Assembly (NCBI GenBank): GCA_963702425.1
Contig: CAVPCQ010000023.1
Coordinates: forward strand, 1 to 64,000
Origin: an uncultured Acidobacteriota bacterium
GTDB lineage: Bacteria > Acidobacteriota > Polarisedimenticolia > J045
DNA length: 64,000 nt
Direction of reading: 5' to 3'
The notes below the pieces were generated by a model that saw only the letters and a list, made by a program, of their open reading frames with translations, was not told the DNA's origin and made no database searches. Positions 47,415 to 58,310 of this stretch are shown piece by piece; the first letter of the stretch is position 1; each line of letters opens with the position of its first letter. A program made the position numbers and the translations under genes.

Positions 47415-48389
47415 TGTGCTTCGCCATGTCCCCGTCCGCCTTGCTCTTCAACGACTTGCGTTCCTGTGCAGGATATCCGAAGCGCCCGCGGACGAGCCCG
47501 CTTGCCCTCCGTCCCGACCGCAGTCGTCGTGCGTGGTTGCTCAACCGCGCTCTTGGCGTCGCCCGGGCTCTCCTCGCGATCTTCGCCTGCCGGGCCGATC
47601 TGATCCTGGAGAACCTCGCGCTCCGACAGCAGCTCGCTGTCCTCCGACGGAAGCACCCTCGACCTCGTCTCCGCGCGTCCGATCAATTCTTCTGGCTTTC
47701 CCTGCGCCGCTGCTGGCCGCGATCGTGGGGAGCGCCGCGCATCCACGGCGAGATCCAGAAGCTCGGCCTTGAGGTCTCCGAACGCACCGTCTCGCGCACC
47801 ATGCCCCGGCGCCCGGCCCATCCCGACGAACGGCAACGATGGCGCACCTTGCTCGCCAACCACCGCGAGGTCATCGCCGCGATCCACCACTTGGGCAGCA
47901 CACCAAAGCAGATCACGGCTCGCAGTCCCTGGCAGAACGGAGTCGCCGAGAGGTTCGTCAGCACCGCACGCCGCGAGCTCCTGGACCACGTCATCGTCCT
48001 CAACGAGAAACGTTGCAGCGCCTTCTGGCCGGCTTCGCCTCGTACTACCTCAACGACCGGACGCACTTGCCTTTGGAGAAGGACACGCCCGCAGTGCGAG
48101 TCGTGGAGCCGAAGCCGCATCCAGCCGCCAAGATCATCGCTCTGCCTCGCCTCGGCGGGCTTCATCATCGCTACGCTTGGCGCCGCGCGGCCTGACGCTT
48201 CTGCTCGACCAGTCCCTCGCCGCGGTCTCGTCGTGGAGGGCGTGTGCCTTTGCGGGAAGCCGCCGCTGTCAACCAGTGAGCAGAACCATCGCCGACACAT
48301 GCAAGGGCGGGCTCGACCGGCGGTCTTGCCTGCCGTTCCGAGCCGCGTGGGCCATCAGCAATGCGCGGACTCGATTGTGGCGAAGGACA
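47415..48389 (+). mobile_element. Internally deleted, non-autonomous rve-type IS (copy B)
   Basis: Ends TGTGCTTCGCCA...TGGCGAAGGACA; PWQNGVAERF, RELLDHVIVLNE, LGGLHHRY; two internal deletions and a frameshift near 48010. Confidence 0.88.
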
Positions 48390-48459
48390 CCTGGCTACGC
48401 CGACCCGGATCGCTCCCAACTCAGCCGGGGCTTCCCCTCCCGGAGCCTTCGCGGTATTG

Positions 48460-50247
48460 ATGTCCCACCGCCGGAGGGACCGGTTGTTCTATCTCGAGGC
48501 GCGGACGGGGGGGAAGGTCGTTCGTTGGCCCTTACGGGCCGGGCGACAGTTGTTTGGCCGAGAGGCCGGCTGCGACATCGTTCTCGACGACGCTACGCTC
48601 TCGCGACGGCACCTGAGTATCGACCTTCGCGGAAACCTCGCCGTCGTCGAAGACCTCTCGAGCAAGAACGGCCTGTGGATGGACGGCGAGCGGGTCGATC
48701 GGCTCGAGGTGAGACCCGAGCAGTGGTTCGTCGCGGGCACCGTACTGTTCGCGGTCCGCCGGGGCGTCTCGCTGGTGTCCCTCGAGGGGTGGCCGGGACC
48801 CGTCGCCTCGGAACGAGCCGCGGCGCTCTCCCCGACGGTCGAGCCCATGCCCCCAGCAGTCGCCTCCTCCGCGAGAGGTTGGTCGGCCGAGCTTGCGAGC
48901 GTTCTGGAGTCGACCGCCGGCGAAGAACCCGGCCGGACCCTCGTCAGACTGCTGGAATCGATCGCTCGCCGCGCAAATGCCTCCGGTGCCGCGCTCCTGG
49001 AGCAGATCGGCAGCGGATGGTCCCTCCTCGCGCTCGCGGGGTTGGCGCCGCCCGTCGAGATCGACGAGGCGCTGGCGCTCTCGCTGCCCGGGAGGGGCCC
49101 GCTGGAGTCGGCGGCCGCGCGGCTCTGGCCGATCCCGGACGGCCGGGGAGCCGGCTTGTGGCTCTGCCTGCACCCCGGACCACTGGACCGTTCGTTCGAC
49201 GACGACCTCCGCCTCGGCGCCGTCTTGGCCGCACAGCTCGCTCCGCGCTCGCTCCCGCACGACGGGAGAGCCGCGTCGCCGAGCCTTCCGAGTGCCGCGT
49301 TCGCGCCGCGCATGGCCGACCCGTCGCTGGTCGGCGTGTCGGGCGCCTTCCTGTCCCTCCTCGGAGAGGTCGACCGGCTTGCAGCCACGGCGCTACCCGT
49401 GCTGCTTCGCGGTGAGTCCGGCACCGGCAAGGAGCTTCTCGCCCGGCGCCTGCATCTTCGCTCGGCGCGCGCGCAGGGTCCGTTCGTGGCGATCAACTGT
49501 GCGGCGATCCCCAACGAGCTGATCGAGGCTGAGCTCTTCGGGATCGATAGGGGGGTGGCAACCGGCGTCACAGGTCGCGTAGGGCTCCTGGTGAGAGCGC
49601 ACGGCGGCACCCTCTTCCTAGACGAAGTCGGCGACCTGCCCCCCTCGCTGCAGCCGAAACTCCTCAGGGCACTGGAGAGCAACGAGGTCCTGCCCGTGGG
49701 CTCCCCTTCCCCGATTCCCGTCGAGGTGAGAATCGTCGCCGCAACGCACCAGGACCTCTCTTCGACCGGCTTCCGCAGGGACCTCCTATACCGGGTCGCC
49801 GGCGCGACCATCGAGGTGCCGCCGCTGCGCGCCCGGCCCGAGGACATCCTCCCTCTTGCGCGCGCCTTCGCCTGCGAGGCCGGCGTGTCGCAGGGGCGCA
49901 CTACCCCAGGCTTCGATCTGGAGGCGGCTCGTCTGCTCCTCGGATATCACTGGCCAGGAAACGTCAGGGAGTTGAAGCACGCGATCACACGCGCCGTCGC
50001 CCTCTCGGACGGCCCCGTAATGGGAAGCGAAGTGCTCCCGCGCGAACTCGCGGAGTCCGCACGGCCGGAGCGTGGCGACTACGTCTTGGGCCTGCGTGGG
50101 GAGTACCGCGAGGCGCGCGAGCGGTTCGAGCACCTCTACTTTCGAGAGCTCCTCGAGCGGTGCAGCGGGGCCAAGCCGGAAGCCTGCCGGCGCTCGGGCC
50201 TCAGCCGTAGCGCCTTCTACGCGAAGCTGACTGAGCTCGGGCTCTGA
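48460..50247 (+). CDS. FHA-domain sigma54-type enhancer-binding protein (AAA+ and Fis HTH) with GVATGV in place of GAFTGA
   Basis: FGR...LSRRH...EDLSSKNG FHA; GESGTGKE; ELFG; GTLFLDEVGD; WPGNVREL. Confidence 0.92.
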   Translation: MSHRRRDRLFYLEARTGGKVVRWPLRAGRQLFGREAGCDIVLDDATLSRRHLSIDLRGNLAVVEDLSSKNGLWMDGERVDRLEVRPEQWFVAGTVLFAVRRGVSLVSLEGWPGPVASERAAALSPTVEPMPPAVASSARGWSAELASVLESTAGEEPGRTLVRLLESIARRANASGAALLEQIGSGWSLLALAGLAPPVEIDEALALSLPGRGPLESAAARLWPIPDGRGAGLWLCLHPGPLDRSFDDDLRLGAVLAAQLAPRSLPHDGRAASPSLPSAAFAPRMADPSLVGVSGAFLSLLGEVDRLAATALPVLLRGESGTGKELLARRLHLRSARAQGPFVAINCAAIPNELIEAELFGIDRGVATGVTGRVGLLVRAHGGTLFLDEVGDLPPSLQPKLLRALESNEVLPVGSPSPIPVEVRIVAATHQDLSSTGFRRDLLYRVAGATIEVPPLRARPEDILPLARAFACEAGVSQGRTTPGFDLEAARLLLGYHWPGNVRELKHAITRAVALSDGPVMGSEVLPRELAESARPERGDYVLGLRGEYREARERFEHLYFRELLERCSGAKPEACRRSGLSRSAFYAKLTELGL

Positions 50248-53012
50248 TGAGCGACGACCTCGCGGAGAATCCGGGGCGCCCCGATCCGACCCTCACGGCT
50301 CCGGAGGGAGCGCGGCAGCTCGTGACGCGTTTCGGCCTCCTGACGCGGGGCGCGGTGTTCTCCGGCCGCTATCTCATCGAAGCAAGGATCGGCACGGGCG
50401 GTTCGGGCGAGGTGTACCGCGCCCTCGACCGGGTCGCGAACATCCCAGTCGCGCTGAAGGTTCTGTTTCCTCGCAGCGACGGGGGCTCGGCGGCGCTGGG
50501 CCGGTTGCGGCGCGAACTGCAGATACTGCGCGGGATCCACGGTCCTGGAATCGTTGAGATCCACGACATCGGTGAGCACGAAGGCCTGCTGTACCTGGTC
50601 ATGGAGCTTCTCGCGGGACAGAGCCTCCGCGAGCGGCTCTCCAGCGGCAGCCCGCTCACTCCCGACGATGCGGCCCGGATCCTCCGGGGAATTCTCGAGG
50701 CGCTCACCCTGCTCCATGCCGCGGGTGCGGTCCATCGCGACGTTAAGCCGGCCAACGTCGTTCTGGCTCGCCGGCGCGGGACCGATGCGGAGCAGGTCGT
50801 CCTGCTCGACTTCGGCCTGGCACGGTGCGTGTCCGACGCCTCGCTCACGGTCACGGGCGAGTTCCTCGGCACCCCCGAGTACGTGTCTCCCGAGCAGGCG
50901 CGGGGAGAGCGGCAGGTCGGCTCGGGCTCCGACATCTACAGCGCCGGCATCGTTCTGTGGGAAATGCTGAGCGGTGCGCCACCCTTCGTGGGTGATTCTG
51001 CGATCGAAGTGCTTAACGGCCACTGCTCGAGAAGCGTCGTCTGGTCGCGGCACGAGATTCGAAGGCTGCCGGCGCATCTGCGGAAGCTCGCGGTCTGGAT
51101 GCTCGACAAGTCGCCCGGTGCCCGCCCGGATGCCGAGGCGGCGCTTCGGACGCTGGCCGAGCGGCGAGTCCCCGCGAGGCCGAAGTGGCGCGCCCGCGTG
51201 TCCGCCGCTCGCCGCCATGGGCTCGCCGGGATTGTGGTACTCCTCGTGGCCCTCGTCTTCGCCGGATACCTCCTTGTCCCCGTTCGCGTGCAGGCGGTGC
51301 AGGATCGGATCGTTGCCGCAAGCGCTGCTGGCATCGAGGTGCGGACGATTCCGATCGAAGGTGCAGGATCCGCCGGCATCGAGCTTCTGGGACCGGAGGG
51401 GACCTGGAACCGGGAGCATCTCGTTCTCCTGCGGCCGACGAGCGGCGTCTCGCTGCCTGCGGAGTACCCCCACGGGCTGGCGCGGGTGGATCCGTTGACC
51501 GGTCGGACTGCCCCGTTCTGGACTTCCGCGCTCCTTCGCGGTCGCACGGGGTTCCCGCTTTGCTTCCCGCGAATCGACGCGTCCTACTCTGGTCATCAAC
51601 TGCACGCATTTCGCGTCCGCGAACGGAGCGACCGGGTCTTTGTGGCAACCTACCATCACGCGGACCAGTTCCCGGCCCTGTTTGCCGTCTTCTCGCAGAA
51701 ACAGCCGGGTGTTCTACAGCCGCATCCGGGATGGATCTGGGACGTTGCGGCCGTCGACCGGGAGCCCTCGGAGGGCGGCGCTCTGCTCGTCTTCCTCGCG
51801 ACAAGCCACCATGCCGGCATGCGAGCGGTGGTCTTCGCGGTGCCCCTCGAGCAGAGTCTCTCCGGATCCATCATCGCGATCCCGCCATTCGAACTGGATC
51901 TGGGAGAGACCGAGCGAGCCACCTTCTACACCTTCCTGTCGACCGGCTACCGCGGAGGCAGGCTCGAAGTCGATCGCGATCGCGTGGATGTCGTGCTCGG
52001 CGCCGGTCGCCGGATCCCCATCGATATCCGCACCGGTGCACCGAAGTCCGCGGCCGACCGTGGTGGACTGAGCACTGGCGAGTGGAGCGACGGGCAGCAG
52101 GAACTCACCGAGCGGTTGATGAGGAGTGGCAAGCTCGCCCGGAATGGTACCCGGGAGTCTTCGATTCAAGCGGCGCAACTCCTCGAGGAGTTCGCCGAGT
52201 CCCGGCCGCTCTCGGCGGCACAGCAGGGTGTCGCGTTCGCCCGCGCTGCTGAGTTGCGTCGTCGCGCGGGCCAGATCGACGTCGCACTCAAACTCGTGCG
52301 CCGCGCGCTCGAGGCTGAGGGCGACGTGCCGGGTCACTATCGTCTCCTCATCGACCTCGAGACGCGGCGCGGCCGATGGCTCGAAACGCTTCAGGAGCTC
52401 GACGAGGCGAAGGGAGTGGCAGCGGAAACCAACGAGGTGGTGCGCGACCTGATCGTCGCCGGACTCGTGAGCGGTCACCCGGAGGACGTGAGGAAGCGGC
52501 TGAATTCGGCGACGCCGGACGCGGTGAACGCTCTTTACGGTGCGACAGAGCACGCGTTCCTGGCCCTCCACGACGGAGAAGGCGCCCGAGCTGCGAAGAT
52601 GCTGGATGGCGCGCCTTACGCTCAGCATCATCAGGAGTACCCGTTCCTGCGCGCGCTGGCCCTGGCGATCGGGCCCCAACCGGGTGCGTCCGCCGAGCGC
52701 CAGCTCGAGATGGCCGAGGGGGTGCTCGGCGCCGGGCAGCGGCTTCCGGTGAGGTGTGTCCGTGCGTATCTCGACGTGCTGCAGGGGCGTGCGCCACGCG
52801 ACCTCGAGGCGGTCGAGTTGGAGCTTCGAGAGCAGCACCTGGCGGGCCGCGAAAACGTGATCGATCTCTATTTCGCATACTGGGCCGAGGCCTTCGCGGC
52901 GCGGGCCTTCGCCGCGGCCGGCGATCAAGAGCGGGCCGCTCGCCACGCCGCCCTCGCGCGTTCCGCTCCGGGAGAGCCGGGGTATCTCCGCCGCATCCTC
53001 GAGGATCCCTGA
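50247..53012 (+). CDS. Ser/Thr kinase with TM helix, extracytoplasmic beta domain and TPR-like helices
   Basis: IGTGGSGEVY, HRDVKPAN, DFG, GTPEYVSPEQ; TGATG coupling to the bEBP gene. Confidence 0.92.
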   Translation: MSDDLAENPGRPDPTLTAPEGARQLVTRFGLLTRGAVFSGRYLIEARIGTGGSGEVYRALDRVANIPVALKVLFPRSDGGSAALGRLRRELQILRGIHGPGIVEIHDIGEHEGLLYLVMELLAGQSLRERLSSGSPLTPDDAARILRGILEALTLLHAAGAVHRDVKPANVVLARRRGTDAEQVVLLDFGLARCVSDASLTVTGEFLGTPEYVSPEQARGERQVGSGSDIYSAGIVLWEMLSGAPPFVGDSAIEVLNGHCSRSVVWSRHEIRRLPAHLRKLAVWMLDKSPGARPDAEAALRTLAERRVPARPKWRARVSAARRHGLAGIVVLLVALVFAGYLLVPVRVQAVQDRIVAASAAGIEVRTIPIEGAGSAGIELLGPEGTWNREHLVLLRPTSGVSLPAEYPHGLARVDPLTGRTAPFWTSALLRGRTGFPLCFPRIDASYSGHQLHAFRVRERSDRVFVATYHHADQFPALFAVFSQKQPGVLQPHPGWIWDVAAVDREPSEGGALLVFLATSHHAGMRAVVFAVPLEQSLSGSIIAIPPFELDLGETERATFYTFLSTGYRGGRLEVDRDRVDVVLGAGRRIPIDIRTGAPKSAADRGGLSTGEWSDGQQELTERLMRSGKLARNGTRESSIQAAQLLEEFAESRPLSAAQQGVAFARAAELRRRAGQIDVALKLVRRALEAEGDVPGHYRLLIDLETRRGRWLETLQELDEAKGVAAETNEVVRDLIVAGLVSGHPEDVRKRLNSATPDAVNALYGATEHAFLALHDGEGARAAKMLDGAPYAQHHQEYPFLRALALAIGPQPGASAERQLEMAEGVLGAGQRLPVRCVRAYLDVLQGRAPRDLEAVELELREQHLAGRENVIDLYFAYWAEAFAARAFAAAGDQERAARHAALARSAPGEPGYLRRILEDP

Positions 53013-53225
53013 GCCGAACTCCGCCCGATCGAGCCCGCCGGGCAGGGCGGAGCGGCGTGGGAGAGCCCGGCCCACCTGGAGTCCTGTCCGCCGGATCGAC
53101 TCTGCCCTCCGTGCCGCGAGTTGTCCGTTTCCACGGAGCGACGCACGGGTGACCTCCCCGATCGGCCCGGGCCATCTCCTGCGCTCCCCGTCACTTCGCG
53201 GTCACCCGGGCGACCGGCTGCCGCC

Positions 53226-53241
53226 GGGCAGGCATCTTGCT
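53226..53241 (+). promoter_or_regulatory. Sigma54 -24/-12 promoter candidate
   Basis: GGGCAGGCATCTTGCT is GG-N10-GC and close to the TGGCACG-N4-TTGCW consensus; ~80 bp upstream of ATG 53324. Confidence 0.6.
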
Positions 53242-53323
53242 TTACGGCAGTGCGGCCGAGGACCTCGCCGCCCGCTTGGCGGGCACTCCGGGCGGACGAA
53301 GGTGCGGACCGCGGAGGGGACTC

Positions 53324-56300
53324 ATGAGACGCGTTCTGATCTGCATCGGGGTGGTTGCCGCATCCGTCCTTGTCTCCCTCGCGGAAAACGGGCCAAGGCG
53401 CTCGCCGGACGGCGGCACGCCGCCGGGGAGCGGAGGCGCTGGCTCGCCGCCACCGCTCGAGCCCCGCTCCACGAAGCCGCTCGTGATCTCACCGGAACGC
53501 AAGATGCACCCGGAGTGGTCTCCCGATGGCTTGAAGATCGCGTATCAGCGCCTCAACGGGGGGGGCTCGACGAGATCTGGTCGTTCCCATTCACCGACCC
53601 GGGTTCGGATGCGCCCCTGATCGCGCTCGGCGGCGACGAAGAGTACCCGCGCTGGAATCCCGCCCTTCCAGAGATCGCATTCAGTTCGGGGGTTCCCAAC
53701 GGGGCGTTCTTCAGGAAGAACCTCTCGACGGGCGCGCTCCTCGGCCCCTTCCCGAACGACTTCAGCACCTACACCCTCTACTACCGCGGCAGCTTCAGCC
53801 CCGACGGGTCGCGGATGGTCGCCGACGGCATCGTGCCCGACGGCCAAGCCGACCTGATCGTGATGGATGCCGACGGCTCGAACGTCCAGGCGCTGCTCTC
53901 TCGGATCGGCAACGTCAACATCTGGGTCTCGCACCCGGTGTTCAGCCCCGACGGCTCAAGGATCCTCTTCGAGGCCAACCTCGACGGCTGGTGGGATCTC
54001 TACGAGATGAACGCCGACGGCTCGAGCCGGCGCCGGCTGACCCAGACTCCGGAGATCGAGGGGATGGCGCGCTACAGCCCCGACGGCAGCCGGATCGCCT
54101 TCGCGGCCAATCCGGGCGGCACCTTCGACCTCTACGTGACGGACCGCGACGGCTCAGATCGAAAGCGCCTCACCGATGATTCGGCCGATGACCTCATGCC
54201 CACCTGGCATCCTGACGGGCGGAAGATCGTCTTCTCGTCGAACCGTGCCGGCCAGTACGACCTCTACCTCCTCGACATCGTGTACGACGCCGATGGCGAC
54301 GGCTACTTCGACGACGTCGACTGCGATGACAGCGACGCCAGCGTTCATCCGGACGCGCTCGAGGTGTGCAACGAGCGCGATGACGACTGCGACGGCTCGA
54401 CCGACGAAGACGTCACGGAGACCTTCTTCCGCGACGCGGATGGCGACGGGTACGGGGACTCGACTGCGACCGCCGAGGGCTGCAATCCTCCTCCCGGCTA
54501 CGTGCCCGACCCGACCGACTGCGACGACTCCACGGTGGCGGTTCATCCCGGGGTCGTCGAGCTGTGCGCGAATGGACTCGATGACGACTGCGACGGCGCG
54601 GTGGATCGGCACGATCCCGACTGCCCTTCCGTGGTGGCTCCTCGCTCGACGGACGCGCTCATGGTCTCGCCGGTCCGCAAGGTGCACCCCGAGTGGTCCC
54701 CCGACGGTACGGAGATCGTGTACCAGCGACTAAACATGTGGGGTCTCGACGAGATCTGGTCGTTCCCGTTCGATGATCCGGGCGCGGATGCGCCCCTGAT
54801 CGTTCTCGGCGGCGACGAAGAGTACCCGCGCTGGAACCCTGTCCTGCGGGAGATCGCCTTCAGCTCGGGTATTCCCAACGGGGCGTTCTTCAGAAAGAAC
54901 CTCTCGACGGGCGCGCTCCTCGGCCCCTTCCCGAACGACTTCAGCACCTACACCTTCTACTACCGCGGCAGCTTCAGCCCCGACGGGTCCCGAATGGTCG
55001 CCGACGGCATCGTGCTCGACGGCCAAGCCGACCTGATCGTGATGGATGCCGACGGCTCGAACGTCCAGGCGCTGCTCTCTCGGATCGGCAACGTCAATAC
55101 CTGGGTCTCGCACCCGGTGTTCAGCCCCGACGGCTCAAGGATCCTCTTCGAGGCCAACCTCGACGGCTGGTGGGATCTCTACGAGATGAACGCCGACGGC
55201 TCGAACCGGCGCCGGCTGACCCAGACTCCGGAGATCGAGGGGATGGCGCGCTACAGCCCCGACGGCAGCCGGATCGCCTTCGCGGCCAATCCGGGCGGCA
55301 CCTTCGATCTCTATGTGATGAACCGCAATGGGACGGACCTGACACGCCTTACCGACGACCCGGCCGACGACCTCATGCCCGCATGGCATCCTGGTGGCCG
55401 AAAGATCGCTTTCTCGTCGAAGCGTGCCGGCGAGTACGACCTCTATGTCCTCAACCTCGCCTACGACGCCGATGGCGACGGCTACTTCGACGACGTCGAC
55501 TGCGATGACCTCTACGCGCCGACTCACCCCGGAGCGCCCGAGACCAACGACGGCCGGGACAACCAGTGCCCCGGCGATCCGGGGTACGGCTCCTCCGACG
55601 AGATCTCCGCTCCCGCCGACTTCCCGGAAGCGGAACAAGGATCCGCGTTCTGCTGGGCCGCGCAACCCGGAGCCACCCTCTACGAGGTCCGACGCTCGTC
55701 CTCACCTCGCTTCGACGGCGAGTGCCTGGGGATCACGACGACCGCTCTCTGCTGGGACAGCCCGGAAGAGCCGTTGCCCGGCGACGCGTATTTCTTCGTC
55801 GTCCGTCCGGTCGCCCCGTGGGTCGGCAGTTGGGGACGGACCTCGGCAGGCGCCGAGCGGACCAACGTTTGCCCGGGACTCGATGGCGTCTCCGGTGTCG
55901 CGGACGAGTTCTCGAACGGCCTCGATCAGTGGGAGGTAATGAGCGGGACGTGGTCCCTCGAGGATGGCAGGCTGCTTGGGCTCTACGACATTGCCTGCGG
56001 GAGTGTCGATTGCGAGCACGGCGACATCCTGCTCGCATCCCCGCTCGACCCGACCACGGAGAACTGGCGCATGGAGGTCGACTTCACCTTCGCGTACGCG
56101 CCGGGCTACGACTTTGGGCAGTCGCTCGCGACGTTCTCCCTCTGGTGGACGGGCGATCAGAAGGAGTCGTTTTCGATCGGATGGGACGACTGGGGCTGGA
56201 CCGGGGAGCCGACGGAACGCGCGTACTCGCTGCACGACTGGTATGCGCCCTGGACCCACGCCGATGCCGCCTTCACGACGGACCTTCCGACCTGGCATCC

Positions 56301-57210
56301 CCGGGCCACGAATCACGCGGCGCTGGTGAAGACCGGGAAGCGCCTCTCTTTCTACCTCAACGGTACGCTGAGCCATGTGAGCGAGGGAACGCACTACCGG
56401 GGCCAGCCACGGCTCGGGCTGCACGTCTACGGCATCCGACTTCTCGACAACTTCCGGCTGACTGAACTGCCCCCCAGCGCATCGGTCGTCCTGCTCACCC
56501 GTCCCGGCGACCCGACGGGTGACTATTTCCGTCAGGTCATCGCTTCGAGCGGACGCCCATTCGAGGAACTCACAGCGGAGGAGGCAGCCGTCGCCGATCT
56601 CTCGAGCCGGATGATCATTGCGGCCTTCTCCTCCGAACCGACGGAGTACTACCCGGCGACCGCGAACATCGCTCGGGCGGTCTCCCGGGGCGCGTGGATC
56701 GTCGCCGAGTCGTGGGGCGCCTACCTGCTGTCAAACGCCGGGGTCGGTGAGAGTTGGATCCAGGGTTGGACTCCGGCCGTCGGTGACGCGAGCTACTTCG
56801 TCGCACCGATCGACGACAGCCCCCTGTTTGCCGGCCTCTCCCGGTGGGATCCGCCAGAAGCACCGGATGATCCCACCCAGCTCATGACCCAGGTGGATCA
56901 GCCAGGCGTGAGCCTCGACGCCGTCAAGTACATCCCGCCCGCACCGGGCGCCACAAGCCTCACCACCTGGGCGTTGACGACGACTTACGGCTGGTTCGGC
57001 CAGGGCGTCGACTCCGAGTACTGCGGAGCGTGGGGATCCTGCACTCCCGAGCGGTCTGTCGACCGTGCCGTGATCACCATGGCCAGGTACGGTAACGGTC
57101 GGATTCTGCGTGGCATCGACGTCGCGCACGTGCCAGGCTCCTTTACGTGGGGACCGATCCAGCAGGCGATACACCGCAACGCGATCGAGTGGTTCTTCCG
57201 CACGCACTAA
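53324..57210 (+). CDS. Secreted protein with two TolB-like (PD40) propellers, MopE-like metal-binding motifs, the shared domain, and lectin-like and alpha/beta C-terminal domains; frameshift at a G8 run (53558-53565)
   Basis: RBS GGAGGGG and signal peptide MRRVLICIGVVAASVLVSLA in one frame; FSPDGSRI repeats and DADGDGY..DCDD motifs in the 53149 frame. Confidence 0.85.
53480..55510 (+). repeat. Near-identical internal duplication of ~850 bp (about 53480-54330 and 54660-55510)
   Basis: Long stretches are identical at DNA level, for example the LSTGALLGPFPNDFSTY and ANLDGWWDLYEMNADGS coding segments. Confidence 0.9.
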
Positions 57211-57219
57211 CGCGAAACC

Positions 57220-57253
57220 CCGGGGGCGTGGCCGCATGCGGCCACGCCCCCGG
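57220..57253. terminator. Perfect 34-bp palindrome after the stop codon
   Basis: CCGGGGGCGTGGCCGCATGCGGCCACGCCCCCGG. Confidence 0.55.
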
Positions 57254-57334
57254 CATCCCGGGTTGCGGAGCACCCGGACTGCGCCGCCGCGAGAGAACCC
57301 GCGCGATGCCCTGTCCCGCCGATCCCCGCGTAGC

Positions 57335-58310
57335 TGTCCCTCGCCATATCCCCGTCCGCCATGCCCTTCAACGAGTTGCGTTCCTATGCAGGATACCCGA
57401 ATCGCCCGCGGACGAGCCCGGTTGCCCTCCGTTCCGACCGCAGTCGTCGTGCGTGGTTGCTCAACCGCGCTTCTGCCGTCGCCCGGGCTCTGCTCGCGAT
57501 CTTCGCCAGCCGGGCCGACCTGATCCTGGAGAACCTCGCGCTCCGACAGCAGCTCGCTGTCCTCCGACAGAAGCACCCTCGACCTCGTCTCCGCGCGTCC
57601 GATCGATTCTTCTGGCTTACCCTGCGCCGCTGCTGGCCGCGATCGTGGGGTGCGCCGCGCAGCCATGGCGAGATCCAGAAGCTCGGCCTGGAGGTCTCCG
57701 AGCGCACCGTCTCGCGCACCATGCGCCGGCGCCCGACCCATCTCGACGAACGGCAAAGATGGCGCACCTTGCTCGCCAACCACCGCGAGTTCATCGCCGC
57801 GATCCACCACTTGGGCATCGAACCAAAGCAGATCACGGCTCGCAGTCCCTGGCAGAATGGAGTCGCCGAGAGGTTCGTCAGCACCGCACGCCGCGAGCTC
57901 CTCGACCACGTCATCGTCCTCAACGAGAAACACTGGCAGCGCCTTCTGGCCGGCTTCGCCTCGTACTACCTCAACGATCGGACGCACTTGTCCCTGGAGA
58001 AGGAGACGCCCGCGGTGCGAGTCGTGGAGCCGAAGCCGCATCCAGCCGCCGGGGTCATCGCTCTGCCTCGCCTCGGAGGGCTTCATCATCGCTACGCTTG
58101 GTGTCGCGCGGCCTGACGATTCCGCTCGACAAGTCCATCGCCGCGGACTCGTCGTGGGGGGCGTGTGCCTTCGCGGGAAGGTGCCGCTGTCAACCAGTGA
58201 GCAGAACCATCGCCGACACATGCAAGGGCGGGTTCGAGCGGCGGGTTTGCCTGCCGTTCCGATCCGCGTGGGCCGTCAGCAATGCGCGGACTCGATATTG
58301 GCGAACAACA
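57335..58310 (+). mobile_element. Internally deleted, non-autonomous rve-type IS (copy C)
   Basis: Ends TGTCCCTCGCCA...TGGCGAACAACA; the same two deletion junctions as copy B (CWPR|SWGAPR and IAAI|HHLG). Confidence 0.88.

Noticed and set aside
53480-55510. DGR template/variable repeat pair
   Set aside because: No reverse transcriptase in the window, both copies are in-frame coding, and the differences are not evidently adenine-specific.
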